A DNA stretch of 64,000 nt from Camelus dromedarius (lineage: Eukaryota): NCBI RefSeq assembly GCF_036321535.1, contig NC_087437.1, positions 81,594,001-81,658,000 of the forward strand, written 5' to 3'. Position numbers and translations under genes: made by a program. Below are positions 15,201-26,123 of this stretch, in pieces. The notes below the pieces were generated by a model, which saw nothing but the letters and a program-made list of their open reading frames with translations, ran no database searches and was not told the origin of the DNA. Position 1 is the stretch's first letter, and each line of letters begins with the position of its first letter.

Positions 15201-18200
15201 GGTTCATAGGTTTTCAATGAGTAAAACATTAAAAATGTAGTGAGCATTTTGAGTTAATGCTAGAATCAACAGAATGATTTTTGTAGGCTTCTTGCTGTAA
15301 GGAAGTATTAACCTGGACGATCCAGACAGTACCACAAAAATCTTCTGAATGGAGTTTTATAACATGCATATTTTCTTTTAGTAAAAATATGTAGTGAAGA
15401 AAACAGTTCCCAGTTTCAGCCTCATCTGGAGAAAACATGGCTTTATAATTTGCTTGTTTGACATGGCTTCTTGGAATGCATTAGAGTGGGAAGTATGGGC
15501 TAATCCATATAATGACAGAAAAGCTCAAGTTCTCTCTAACGGAGAATTTTACCTAATATTTCTGTCTGATGGGTCTTAAGAAGTGTTGCGAAAATCGTAA
15601 AATTCTTGATATTTTGATCCTTACTGGTAGTACCTTAAGATTAATTTGAAAGGTTATTATCTAGTGTTTGATCTACTTTGAAGTTTTGAAGTACAGAGAT
15701 ATTTCATTTTCTAGAAGAGAAATCATTTAACAGTGATCAAAAATAGTAGGTTTATAGTGCTTTTTAAAAAACTAGACACTCGTTTTAAGTTTTAGAATCT
15801 TTCCTTTAAAATTAGAAGATCTTTCTAGTTCATTATTTCTAGAAACTAATTCAATATTGAATAATTTCATGCTTAGCATTATGCTGAGCTGTAATAAGAG
15901 ACACGGGACATACTTAACTGGTATAGTTACTATTTTGAACTGCGTTTATTTATGTATTTCTTTTCCTTAGCTGAAAATACTGCTTGATCAAGTTGAAGAA
16001 GCAGTGGCAGATTTTGATGAATGTATTAGATTAAGACCTGAGTCTGCTCTGGCACAAGCTCAGAAATGTTTTGCATTGGTAGGTTCTCCTTTCTTTTGTA
16101 TTTTCCTGAACGTCGGTATTTCCCATTGTTAACAAAAATGAGTATCTCATTGCCTTCAGAATCATCTGTTTTCCCCAAAGGATGACTAACAGGTAGAAAA
16201 ATATGTCCGTTTAGGGAAATAGAAGTGTATATGCTACTTAAGGTACTGCTCCTCTATTTCTCTGGATGTTTTATTTAAGTTCATGTTGATAGGTGTTTGT
16301 CCCTGATTTTATGCCCCCCTAAACAGCACTGTTCTCCCTACTTCTCTATCATAAACCAGTACAGAGAACCACATAACTCATCTCTCATTTTGCATTTGTA
16401 GAGCTATTAATATTCAGAAACACAAAGCTGAAAATCAGGTAAAATAAGGCCATTTCTAATGAAATAATGAGATACTTCCAGTTAGCCCTATAGCTTGAGT
16501 CCTAAAAGAATTTCCCTCCTAAAGAAAGAAGTCAGGTCACAAACACATATATAGTATTGACGAAAAATGTTATTAGATGATGGAGCTTTATAACATTTTT
16601 AGTAAAGTGATAATAAATTATACTGGATTTAAAATTCCCTTCCTTATATGTAAAGCTAACTTCTGACAAGTTAGTCTGGCTTCTAGAGTACTGAGCACCT
16701 TGAAGTTGTAGCGTGGCAGTGAAGTGCTACTTGTACGTAGTCTTTGGATCCCTACTCCAGAGGTATTTCCGTGGAACCCTTTTAGATGCAGCAAATTATT
16801 TTAGCAGATTGCCAGCTTTTCTGGAAATATTTATGTAATTTTGTGTGACTTTTATAATAGGTTAACATTTCCTGAGCTTTTGAGTTCTTGATTTGACAGG
16901 CCTGTTTTTATTTTTTACACAGTATCGCCAGGCATATACGGGAAACAATTCTTCGCAAATCCAAGCAGCTATGAAAGGTTTTGAAGAGGTTATAAAGAAA
17001 TTTCCAAGGTGTGCTGAAGGCTATGCATTATATGCCCAGGTAAGTGTCATTTTTCAAATTTTTTCAGTTTCCAGTCCGTTTTTAAAGAGCTGCATTCATA
17101 TGTTGACTCTTAGGATAGAAATCAGAAAACAGTGCTTCCTTGGTTACAGCTTCTGTGGAAGCAGATGGCTTTGTTCTTGCTTTGTTTCTCCTGGTCCCCA
17201 GGATGGTCCTGAATCACCTTGAGAAGGCCTACTCTGTTATACAGTTTGAAAACCATGGCCCTAAACTCAACATGGGGAAGCTTAAATAGAGTATTTCCCT
17301 CATGTTTTCATTTGGATTGGATTTGCCAGTTTAAATTACCTTAGGAAAATGTACTATATGTAATTGGTGGGGAAAGTGTCCTTGGTAAGGGTTTTCTTTG
17401 TATTTGTTCACTATTCCTTTAAATGGTTAGATAGTCTGTAACCACTCATTTTAATTTCTCTGTAATTTGTCTAAAATTCTTGAGGCTTTCCTTAGTTTAG
17501 GATTGAAGCTTTGGGAAGTAGGATTTGAATTTGAATTATTTTCACTTTTTAATTGTAGTCTGGTCTTTGAAAACTTTAAGTCATCCATTGAAAATGATTA
17601 GCTTCTTCTAGCCACAGTTAGAGTTTTTCCTCTAACTAAATGATCTCTGAATGACTGTTTTCTTTAAGTCTAAGTTGAAAGCTGCTTTTGGAGAAACCAG
17701 CCATCTCAAAACTCCATCTATATATTTTCTATCTTAATTTCTTTATGCTATCTTTAGTGAAGTTATAAGAAAAGTTCCATAGAGAAACTTTTTGAGGGCT
17801 TATTGAGAGGGACTTTGAAAAGATTGATTTCTGTTGGATCTGTTCTTTCAAAGGCCTACACATTACTACATTATTAGGGGTTGAAATTCTGAAGTATGAA
17901 GTACAACCCAGGAGTTCTTTAACCTCAGTTTGAAATCTCATCTATTCAGTCTTTGTTCATATAATTCCTAGACAGAATGACGATAATAGAAAGATGAAAC
18001 GTTGGTTGCTGACTGCATGCTCAATTAATTAATTGTGAAAGCATGTACTATATAAAATTTTATAGAATGTATAGAAGTTGAAATAGGATAAATGCACATT
18101 ATAATTGTATGATATTTGTATTGAGTAGGCCCACTTGGGTTTAGACTTTATATTTAATTAGGAACAAACCAGAAAGTGACAGCAGCATCCTCATCACTGA

Positions 18201-21200
18201 GATGAAATTCAGAAGGGCTTTTTTGGTGCAGATTTCTATAAGCAGCTGAAAGAGCAAAGGCCACTGACTAGCTTTCAAAGAAACCAATACCAGGAACAAC
18301 TCTTTTGCAGAGGTTTCCTAATTGCACATTTCTCTGTTAATTGTGTTAACTTCAAAACAGGTTTTGCCTTACTTGAGCATCTTCTTACCAGTACTTAGCA
18401 TTATTACAAGTCTGTTTACACTACAATGTCTAACCTTTGGTCCTGCTTCTGATGTGGTCTTCACTGTATATAGTAACTTTTTATTTATATATAGAGTTAT
18501 ATACAGTTATATAGCATAACCTTTTTCCTGAACTCAACCTTGAGCTTAGATGCTGGCAAACTCTCAGAGTTAAAGTTTGAACATGATCTGGAATCCACAT
18601 AACCAAGCCTTCCATTTCTGCCATGGAATTTGCCTTAAAACAATTGATTGTAGCTGCTTTTTTTCCTTTTATCAGTCATTTTTAAGGAATGACTGATAAC
18701 AGTTAGCATACATACCTGAACTTACCCTTCCAAGTGAGTATTGTCTTAAAGTAATTCCCTTAGGATGTTTTATGATAAACTATGAATAAATACATGAATG
18801 TACCTGTGAGAATCTGATATTAGAACTGGCACCAACACTGGGATTTTCTGTATTCTACAGTTTTTCTTAATCTCCTATTGAGAGGGCAGTTAAGATTTCA
18901 TATCTATAACAATGCTATGTAAAACCCCAGTAATTAAGATGAAACTTTTTTCTTTTAATTGAAGTACAGTCAGTTATAGCATGTCAATTTCTGATGTACA
19001 GTACAATGTCCCAGTCATGCATATACATACACATATTGGTTTTTGTATTTTTTTATTAAAGGTTATTACAAGATATTGAATATAGTTCCCGATGCTATAC
19101 AGAAGAAATTTTTTTAATCTATTTTTTTATATAGTGGCTAACGTTTGCAAATCTCAAACTCTCAAATTTACCCCTTCCCACCCCCTTTCCCCTGGTAACC
19201 ATAAGATTGTTTACTATGTCTGCAAGTCTGTTTCTATTTATTTTGTAGATGAGTTCATTAACATTTTAAATAAGTTTATATCCCCAGAACATAATTTGGT
19301 AATGAATGGTTAAATGAAGTAAATTTTAGTAATTGATAAGCAATATACTTTTCACTGCTTAGGGTGACAGTTAACCTAAATTTAACTGAAGTATCCCTTC
19401 AAATAGGCATTAACAGATCAACAACAGTTTGGTAAAGCTGATGAAATGTATGATAAGTGTATTGATTTGGAACCAGATAATGCCACAACATATGTTCATA
19501 AAGGGTATGTATTTTTGTGGTTCTATTTGTTCCAGAAGAAACTAAATTTCTTGCATAGTAATAAGATGGATTTCTTTTGGTCATTGAGGAAGGGGACTGA
19601 GAGAGAGTATGATTGAGTTAATTGACAAATTTCTTAATGTTCTGGATGTTTCACTATTTTTTTTTGAAGTTTTACTTATGTTTCATTCTTATATAACAAT
19701 TAGTAAATACGCTATTTCACTCTAGCTTAAGGATTTCAGTTCTGAACATCCTGTCAAGTGTTAGTTATATCAAAATAGAAAACGCGAGAAATAAGTTTTT
19801 CCTGTCCTAGTGTACTTGAATTATCATTTTAAAGCTTCATTTAAATTTATACAAAGTAAAACATTAAGCTATGCAAGGTAACTTAATATAGAGCCTAGAC
19901 CATTGGATACTCTTCTCATAATAAGAAATTCAGACTACAAAACCAATATAAATTGAAAAAAAAAATTGATGCTGATTCTATATTGTTTTAGACTTTGTTT
20001 TTCCTTGTAAATTAAATTATAAATTCATTGAAGCAGAAATTGAGCCCTGCTTTTATTCCTGGTGATACTGGGCCATGGTCACATCTGAGTGCTGTTTTGC
20101 ATTTGCAGTTTACTTCAACTTCAGTGGAAGCAAGATCTGGATAGAGGTTTGGAGCTTATCAGCAAGGCTATTGAAATTGACAATAAATGTGATTTTGCAT
20201 ATGAAACCATGGGAACTATTGAAGTACAAAGGTAACTTCTAGAGTCTGTCCTTAAGAAATTTAGGGCAGCTCCGCAGATATTTATTTTTTAATTTTCTCA
20301 TTATAGATAAGTTATTGTCAATACTCATTAAATTTTTAAGTCTTAGTATGTTACGCCTTTGGGGGCAAGATTTCCTTGAAGCTATACAACTTTGACTTGT
20401 TTCATTTTTCCAATTTAAAAATCACACTTAAAAAAGTTGTTTAAATCACGTATATGCATTAGAAAGGGAAACTTGATCTTTTTCTAATACCTGTTTGTTC
20501 TTTCCTCTTGTCACCTGTATTATTTCCATTGGAGGGAGAAAAAAACATCCACAGTGTACTTAAGCAGTAAGGGTAGCGTAAGGATTGGCAGCCAGGGTGC
20601 CCGAAGATCTAGATCCTGCCACAGCCAAACTGCATCATCACCTCTGAGTGCAGAGTTTTCTTTAAAATCAAGGAGTTGGATAAGATTTTGTGCAGTTCTG
20701 ACTTCCCCATAACTTCATGTCTTCTGTAAATGTTTGTTCAGAGTTGCATTTGAGCTCCATTAACAGAGGACAGATGTTTATGCCTTGAGCTCCATTAACA
20801 GAGGACAGCTGTTTATGCCGTAGAATGTAGTGTAGTATACCATCTTGATACTGGTGTTGCCATCTGTTTGAGAACTCTAGGCCAGCTACTGAACTTCAGG
20901 TGTTTTCCAAATATTAGTTCAGTTGATCTAGTCTTTATAAAGTTTGAGGTTTTGTGATCCTCAATTTAATTAAAGAGTGTAGAAATCAATGCCCAGACTG
21001 GTTGAGTTAATAGGGTTGCCTGGTGAGCCAGCAGTAGAAAGAGGATATAAACCCACATTTCACTGATGCCAAAGTAACTGATCTTGCCACCACCACTTAT
21101 TAGGAACCAGTAGGAGTTGTCTTAATTACCTGTCATTCAGTCCCTCCTGAGTCTTCTCTCTCTCTGCTCCAGAGTAGGCAGAATATATATAGGCTGAGGA

Positions 21201-22013
21201 AAATTTTTGTGATTCTTTTGAACCATTCTATACTGTGACTTGCATGTAAATATTAAATTACTTCTTAACTGCCAGTTTGTTAATGTGAATTACATTATTG
21301 TACTAGAATAGGATAAGGTAGTAGTTCTTAATCTTTTGAGCAAAGCTGTGGATTTTTCCTAGAATATTGCACATACAAAAACTCTTTGCATTTAAGTTGT
21401 TCATAGAGCCTGGGTTAAGGACCCCTGATTTATGGAATTTGATGAATTTTGTTTGTGTGTTAATTGTACTCTAAGAAATCCATTCTAAATCCTGCCTTAC
21501 AAATAGATAAATGAATGTGAATTAATGAAATTGCTGATTATCCTAGGATTTAGCAAATCTGCCTACTTAATAATGAACTTTAAAAGTTATTTTTTTTAAA
21601 TTAATTTCTCTCGTCTCATTATTCTTATCTGTAAACAGAGACCACAAGTAGTATCACGTAAGCCCGTGGTATTTGTAATAGTAGCTAACATTCATTCAGT
21701 GTTTTCTACGTGCTAGGGATTTTTCTGTTATAAAGAAGCATTTTATTAGAATCATAGTTGAAACTTAAAGGTCAGGCTCCATGTAGCATCACTTACAAAC
21801 TTCTTTGCATTCTGTGAAGTGCTTGTTGAATCTGAAGTTTCAAATTTTTGTTCTTTTAGAGGAAACATGGAGAAAGCCATTGACATGTTCAACAAAGCTA
21901 TTAACTTGGCCAAATCAGAAATGGAGATGGCTCATCTATACTCACTCTGTGATGCTGCCCATGCCCAGACAGAAGTTGCAAAGAAATATGGTTTAAAACC
22001 ACCAACATTATAA
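3034..22013 (+). CDS. TOMM70: TOMM70 mitochondrial import receptor (TPR protein), spliced CDS exons 2-12; exon 1 outside window
   Basis: 11 GT-AG exons join in frame to 1503 nt (500 aa + stop), from [22 protein letters not shown] to [11 protein letters not shown], recognisable as mammalian Tom70. Confidence 0.98.
4015..5200 (-). mobile_element. L2 LINE fragment
   Basis: TTCAACCAAATTTTATTGA end followed by a purine-rich L2-like body. Confidence 0.65.
5422..5548 (+). CDS. TOMM70: TOMM70 exon 3
   Basis: ttacag|CAA...GAAG|gtgagg; 127 nt; [42 protein letters not shown]. Confidence 0.97.
7221..7330 (+). CDS. TOMM70: TOMM70 exon 4
   Basis: ttctag|AT...AAG|gtaaat; 110 nt; [37 protein letters not shown]. 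Confidence 0.97.
7552..7755. mobile_element. MER58A-like hAT MITE
   Basis: GGGCCAAATCTAG...GTTTTATTGGAAC...TTTACAGAAAAA pattern. Confidence 0.75.
8550..8700 (-). mobile_element. MIR SINE
   Basis: TTTTAGAGATGAGAAAACTGAG...CAAGGTCAC...AAGTGGCAGAGCTAGAATTTG core. Confidence 0.75.
9902..10050 (+). CDS. TOMM70: TOMM70 exon 5
   Basis: tcacag|AAT...AA|gtaagt; 149 nt; [24 protein letters not shown]...EVKE. Confidence 0.97.
12292..12499 (+). CDS. TOMM70: TOMM70 exon 6
   Basis: tttcag|T...AAG|gtacat; 208 nt; [19 protein letters not shown]...KEANVK. Confidence 0.97.
13567..14737 (+). mobile_element. L1 (L1MB-like) 3' fragment, sense to TOMM70, in intron 6
   Basis: ORF2 C-terminal remnant ([19 protein letters not shown]), L1 3'UTR motifs and A tail. 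Confidence 0.9.
14793..14927 (+). CDS. TOMM70: TOMM70 exon 7
   Basis: atatag|CTT...CAG|gtaaat; 135 nt; [45 protein letters not shown]. Confidence 0.97.
15971..16078 (+). CDS. TOMM70: TOMM70 exon 8
   Basis: ccttag|CTG...TTG|gtaggt; 108 nt; [36 protein letters not shown]. Confidence 0.97.
16923..17039 (+). CDS. TOMM70: TOMM70 exon 9
   Basis: acacag|TAT...CAG|gtaagt; 117 nt; [39 protein letters not shown]. Confidence 0.97.
18946..19260 (-). mobile_element. Young lineage-specific L1 3' end
   Basis: T tract then AATTGAAGTACAGTCAGTTA...GTCAATTTCTG; reverse complement matches the insert at 28643-28708. Confidence 0.8.
19407..19504 (+). CDS. TOMM70: TOMM70 exon 10
   Basis: aaatag|GCA...GG|gtatgt; 98 nt; [33 protein letters not shown]. 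Confidence 0.96.
20109..20231 (+). CDS. TOMM70: TOMM70 exon 11
   Basis: ttgcag|T...AG|gtaact; 123 nt; [41 protein letters not shown]. Confidence 0.97.
20750..20819. repeat. Tandem duplication, 2 x 35 bp, one mismatch
   Basis: TTGAGCTCCATTAACAGAGGACAG(A/C)TGTTTATGCC twice. Confidence 0.95.
21860..22013 (+). CDS. TOMM70: TOMM70 exon 12 coding part, to TAA
   Basis: ttttag|A GGA AAC...[53 protein letters not shown]. Confidence 0.97.
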
Positions 22014-22294
22014 AATATGGGGGAAGGAAAATGACCCTGTTTTTAGAAGTTTACCCCTCCTTCAACTGAACCCTAAAGACACTGTCAAGAACTGTGCTGA
22101 ATGGTGGAACTTAGTATTTCCGTTTGTGCTGTTGTCATTCGTTACATCCGTTTCACGTTTAGGTGTTGTGGGAGTGGCTGTTGAAGGAAGTTTGCAGTGT
22201 TGCAGCTTTTATTCCCTGTGCAACAAAAGCTTAGAACCTGTTAAAGGGATGTTAAAAATAAAGTTGCAGAGTACAAATGATAATTGGCCATGCA

Positions 22295-22300
22295 AATAAA
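22295..22300 (+). terminator. Proximal polyadenylation signal of TOMM70
   Basis: AATAAA followed by a GT-rich stretch and a T20 tract; a second AATAAA lies at 22257-22262. Confidence 0.6.
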
Positions 22301-23935
22301 AACTTTGATTTGTTGATCTGGCTTTTTTTTTTTTTTTTTTTTGAGGGGCGTGGGAGAGGATGATTATGTTCTGGATGATTTTGTCTGTGTGTGTATGAAT
22401 ATTTTACAGCATGTTTTAAAATTAACATGATAAGCGCTGTAAAATAGGATTCTTTTGGATTCGATTAATCTCTTTCAGTTGATTTTTTGGAAGAAAACAA
22501 AGCTTAAGTGGAGCTTTTGTTCTTATGGCAGCAAAATTAAGAGACCCTTTAAAACACCATCAGCATGTACAGTGCCTCTGATTCTGCAGAAAGTTAGACT
22601 CAGTGGCAACGCTTAAACCTTTTGACTCTCTTCAAGTCCAGTGGATGATGTACATCATGTTTAAAGTCCACAACAGCTGGTTTTCATACAGTCAACTATG
22701 CAGAAGTGAGATATTCTAACTGATACATGTGCTAGAAGACTATTAATGGGAAAGCACACCAGGCAAGAGGTAAGATGAAATGGAAATGTGTTTGTAATTG
22801 TCCACAGCTATTGTCTACCATAGGTACTACTATTTAATAGTGTACTTAAGGAAAAAAAATGCAGGTTGGTTGTGTATATAAAGATGAAGTAAGTGTGATT
22901 AAGTAATTAATTAGCTCAAAATTTCTAGTGAAGAAAATATGGCTAAAGGTTCAAAAAGAATGTAACTCTCAAAGCCAGAAGCATAGCATTTCCTAAATGC
23001 TTCTCAACTACAACTACGTGTACTTAAGGAATTTTGAGCCAGTATTTTCAAAGATGCTGAGGACATGTGGACTGCATTTTTATTTTGAGCTAACCTTGGT
23101 CTCAAGGGCCTGACTACCCATCTGGTTCTTCACTAGGGATACTGACAGCAGATTGTTCTGTTTGTTTTACCTTTACCTTACCCTCTTATTTAGAAATCAC
23201 TTTATTATTTTTTTCCAGTTTCCACCTTTATAGACCATCCTTTTGTTTATATGCTGGATTTTTCTGGTGGGAGGAGAGGTTGCGTTCTTTAAGAGTCTTA
23301 TTTTGAGATATTCAGGGCGGGGAGAGGTTTACTTAAGTTTAATAAAACAGCAAGCCTTCAATTGTATTTTTTGGAAATGAAATCTGGCTATAGTTTACAT
23401 TGTCGGCAGTAAATGAGCATTTTTACCCCTCTTTAAAAGGGTGCTTTATCCTATTGAAACCAAAATATTTCATCTAAAATGCTATCTAGAAGTTATTAGA
23501 AATTACTCCCTTCCAAAGTCAGAGTCTGGAAATTTTTGAGGGGCCTCTAATTTGTGGGAGCAGTTAACATAATTTAAGATGGTTTGGATAACATAAAGTA
23601 TGAGAGCTCTGCATTTGAGTTCTAAATTACGCACCTACTATAATAACCTCTGCATATAGAAGTGTTCTACATCTCTGACTCATCTCTGACTTAAAGTTTT
23701 TATTTGCATGGCTGTATTTACATTAACACTGATACTTATTTTCTTCTCTCTTCTCTCTTCCTACCCCTTGGGGTTGGGCAGAAAAACACACAAAGGAAAC
23801 AGAAGCATGTGCCATACAATACTGTCATTCCAAATCCTCACGGATTATTGCCTGTTCTGAAAAATATTTGAAACTGCACTGAAAGCTGCATCTGTATCTT
23901 TTCTTTTGTAAATGACCTCACATGTAAATTCACCA

Positions 23936-23941
23936 AATAAA
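23936..23941 (+). terminator. Distal polyadenylation signal of TOMM70
   Basis: AATAAA preceded by three TGTA (CFIm-type) motifs and followed by CA and T-rich sequence. Confidence 0.75.
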
Positions 23942-24385
23942 TATTACATTCAAGCTTTTCTATCTATTCTTTAAAGAGAAAGATAGACATTATGTTCATT
24001 TACCATAGTACTGGGTAAGTTCATTATCATTCTCTTGTGGGCTCATACTAACTTTGAAAATAGGAACATACTGGACATGTTTGTTAATATATGAAGCAAT
24101 ATAAGTTTGGGGTATGAAAGATGCAGTTTCCCATCCTTCCTACTGGGGAAACAAAGCTCTAAGAAGAGCTAGTGGAGCCAGCTTACTTTACTCCTGCCTG
24201 TACCTTACCCGTACTTGCACAGCAGCCTGGAAGGTTACCGGTCCTCAAACTGGTTTCATTGATGAGTGAGTTTTGATTAGTTTTCAACCACTTGGGAGTC
24301 TAGGAAAGGATGCCTGAAAAAAAACCCTGTCATCCTTGAGTGATTGTGGTATGAATAGAGATCTCAAAACAGTAAGAAGCTTTGG

Positions 24386-24550
24386 TTTTATTTTTTGTTT
24401 TTTAAACATTTATTGTTACTTAATTATTTTGGCAGGGGGCACTAATTAGGCTTATTTATTTTTAGAGGATTTAGAGGAGGCACTAGGGATTGAACCTAGA
24501 CCCTCATGCATGCTAAGCAAGTGCTCTACCACTTGAGCTATACCCTTCCC
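24386..24550 (-). mobile_element. tRNA-Ala-derived camelid-type SINE with 12-bp TSD
   Basis: AAGAAGCTTTGG at 24374-24385 and 24551-24562; A and B boxes on the minus strand. Confidence 0.92.
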
Positions 24551-24893
24551 AAGAAGCTTTGGCGTTAAAACACAATTCAGGTAGAACTTTCTGCTCTGGG
24601 GAGACTCAGATTGTAGTTTAATAGTGCTTCTTCCCAGGAGAGCGTAACTGTCATCTTCTTAAGGCTGTTTAAAAACAGGAAGACTAATTTACCCAGGAAA
24701 CTTTTGAGCATAAAAGTAATAATCACTCAAGACTCTCCTGGGTAAACTGGGTTGTACGGCCTTTGTATTTATAAGGAAGTAACATAGGCGTGGTGATGGG
24801 AGGGGTAATAATCCTACCCTTAGTTCTTTGTAAAATGTTTGTGAACAAAGTGAAAAGAATTTTAACTTGACCTATTTGGAAGCCTTAACACAC

Positions 24894-25314
24894 TGTGATA
24901 GAATGAATAATGGTTCCCCCAAAGATACCTACATCTTGATCTCTAGAACCTGTGAATGTTACCTTATATGGCAAAAGTGGTGGGGAAAATATCCTGGGTT
25001 ATCTAGGTGGACTCCCAAATGTAGTTACAAGTGTCCTTGTAAAAGGGAGATTTCAGACACAAGAAGACAATGTGATAACAGGCAGAGATTGGAGTGATGC
25101 TGCCACAAGCCAAGGGATGCTGGCAGCCACCAAAAGCTGGAAAGGCAAGAAAGGATTCTGCCCTAGAGCAGAGCTTGGCCCTACTGACACCTTGATTTGA
25201 GCCCAGTGAAACCGTTTTCAGACTTCTGGCCTTCAGAACTATGAGTAAGTTTTTGTTGTTTTAAGCCACTAAATCTGTGGCAGTGTGTTACAATAGCCAT
25301 GGGAAACTAATACA
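24894..25314 (+). mobile_element. MaLR solo LTR (MLT1C/D-like)
   Basis: TG...AATAATGG..CCCCAAAGAT...GAACCTGTGAATGTTACCTTATATGGCAAAAG...TTTAAGCCACTAA...GGAAACTAATACA. Confidence 0.88.
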
Positions 25315-25660
25315 GACTCCTTTGGCTATTTGGCTATTCAGAGCCCAGGGAAACATTGGATCAATTTCTTTTGCTGGCACTGGAAGGTAACATGACTGTG
25401 CAGGTGCTTCCTAGAGGCCATGGGAGGGTTTGGCAGTTAGATAGGGCTCTACAGCAAATAAAGGGGGGAGGGGGGGATCATGACTGAATCTGAGTCCTGG
25501 AAACCATTTTAGAGGGTATAGAGAGTTCGAAGCAAGGAGGACCAGCTAGAGGAGGTGGGATTCTGCACAGATGACCCATGCTCTAATTATCAATGGACTG
25601 CTATATTAAGCAAATTTTACCCAATTTTATTTCCCAGAATATCTGCTTTATGTCAAGAAT

Positions 25661-26123
25661 TGTGACGGGTCTAAGATTTTGCCCTTGCAAACTACAGTTT
25701 TGTGAATGCTGGCAGAAGATGTGAGAACTGGATCAGAGAAGATGGACTGATTAGAGCATGGTAAGCAACATGAACTTCACATCCCGTGGATGTGACCTGT
25801 AGTAATCTAGGTGGAGGCTGCACAGGCCGTGGGTTTGTGTCACAGCTGAGAACTCTGAGCTTAGGAAACCCACATCTTAATGAGCCTGGCTATAAGCAAA
25901 CAGGCCTGATTTTTGCATCAGAGGGAAACATTATTTTTATTATACTGGTTAGTAAACAGACCTGTCCTACTGTGCTTCAGAAAGAGAGAACCTCTATCTT
26001 CCAAAGCTGTTCACTTTATACAAATGTCTTTGAAAGGACAGTCTGGTAGAAAAGCTATCATTGCCTCTGTGAGACATGCAGAAATTTAGGAGACCTACAG
26101 AGAATGGACTGCCCGTCTCTACA
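25661..26123 (-). mobile_element. ERV1-type solo LTR (MER90/MER110-like)
   Basis: TGT...ACA termini with TAAGATTTT, GCTGGCAGAAGA and CTCTATCTTCCAA motifs; family from recall. Confidence 0.6.

Larger units (their letters stand above)
22014..23955 (+). other. TOMM70: TOMM70 3'UTR (end approximate)
   Basis: Non-repetitive AT-rich sequence after the stop codon, with AATAAA at 22257, 22295, 23341 and 23936. Confidence 0.75.
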
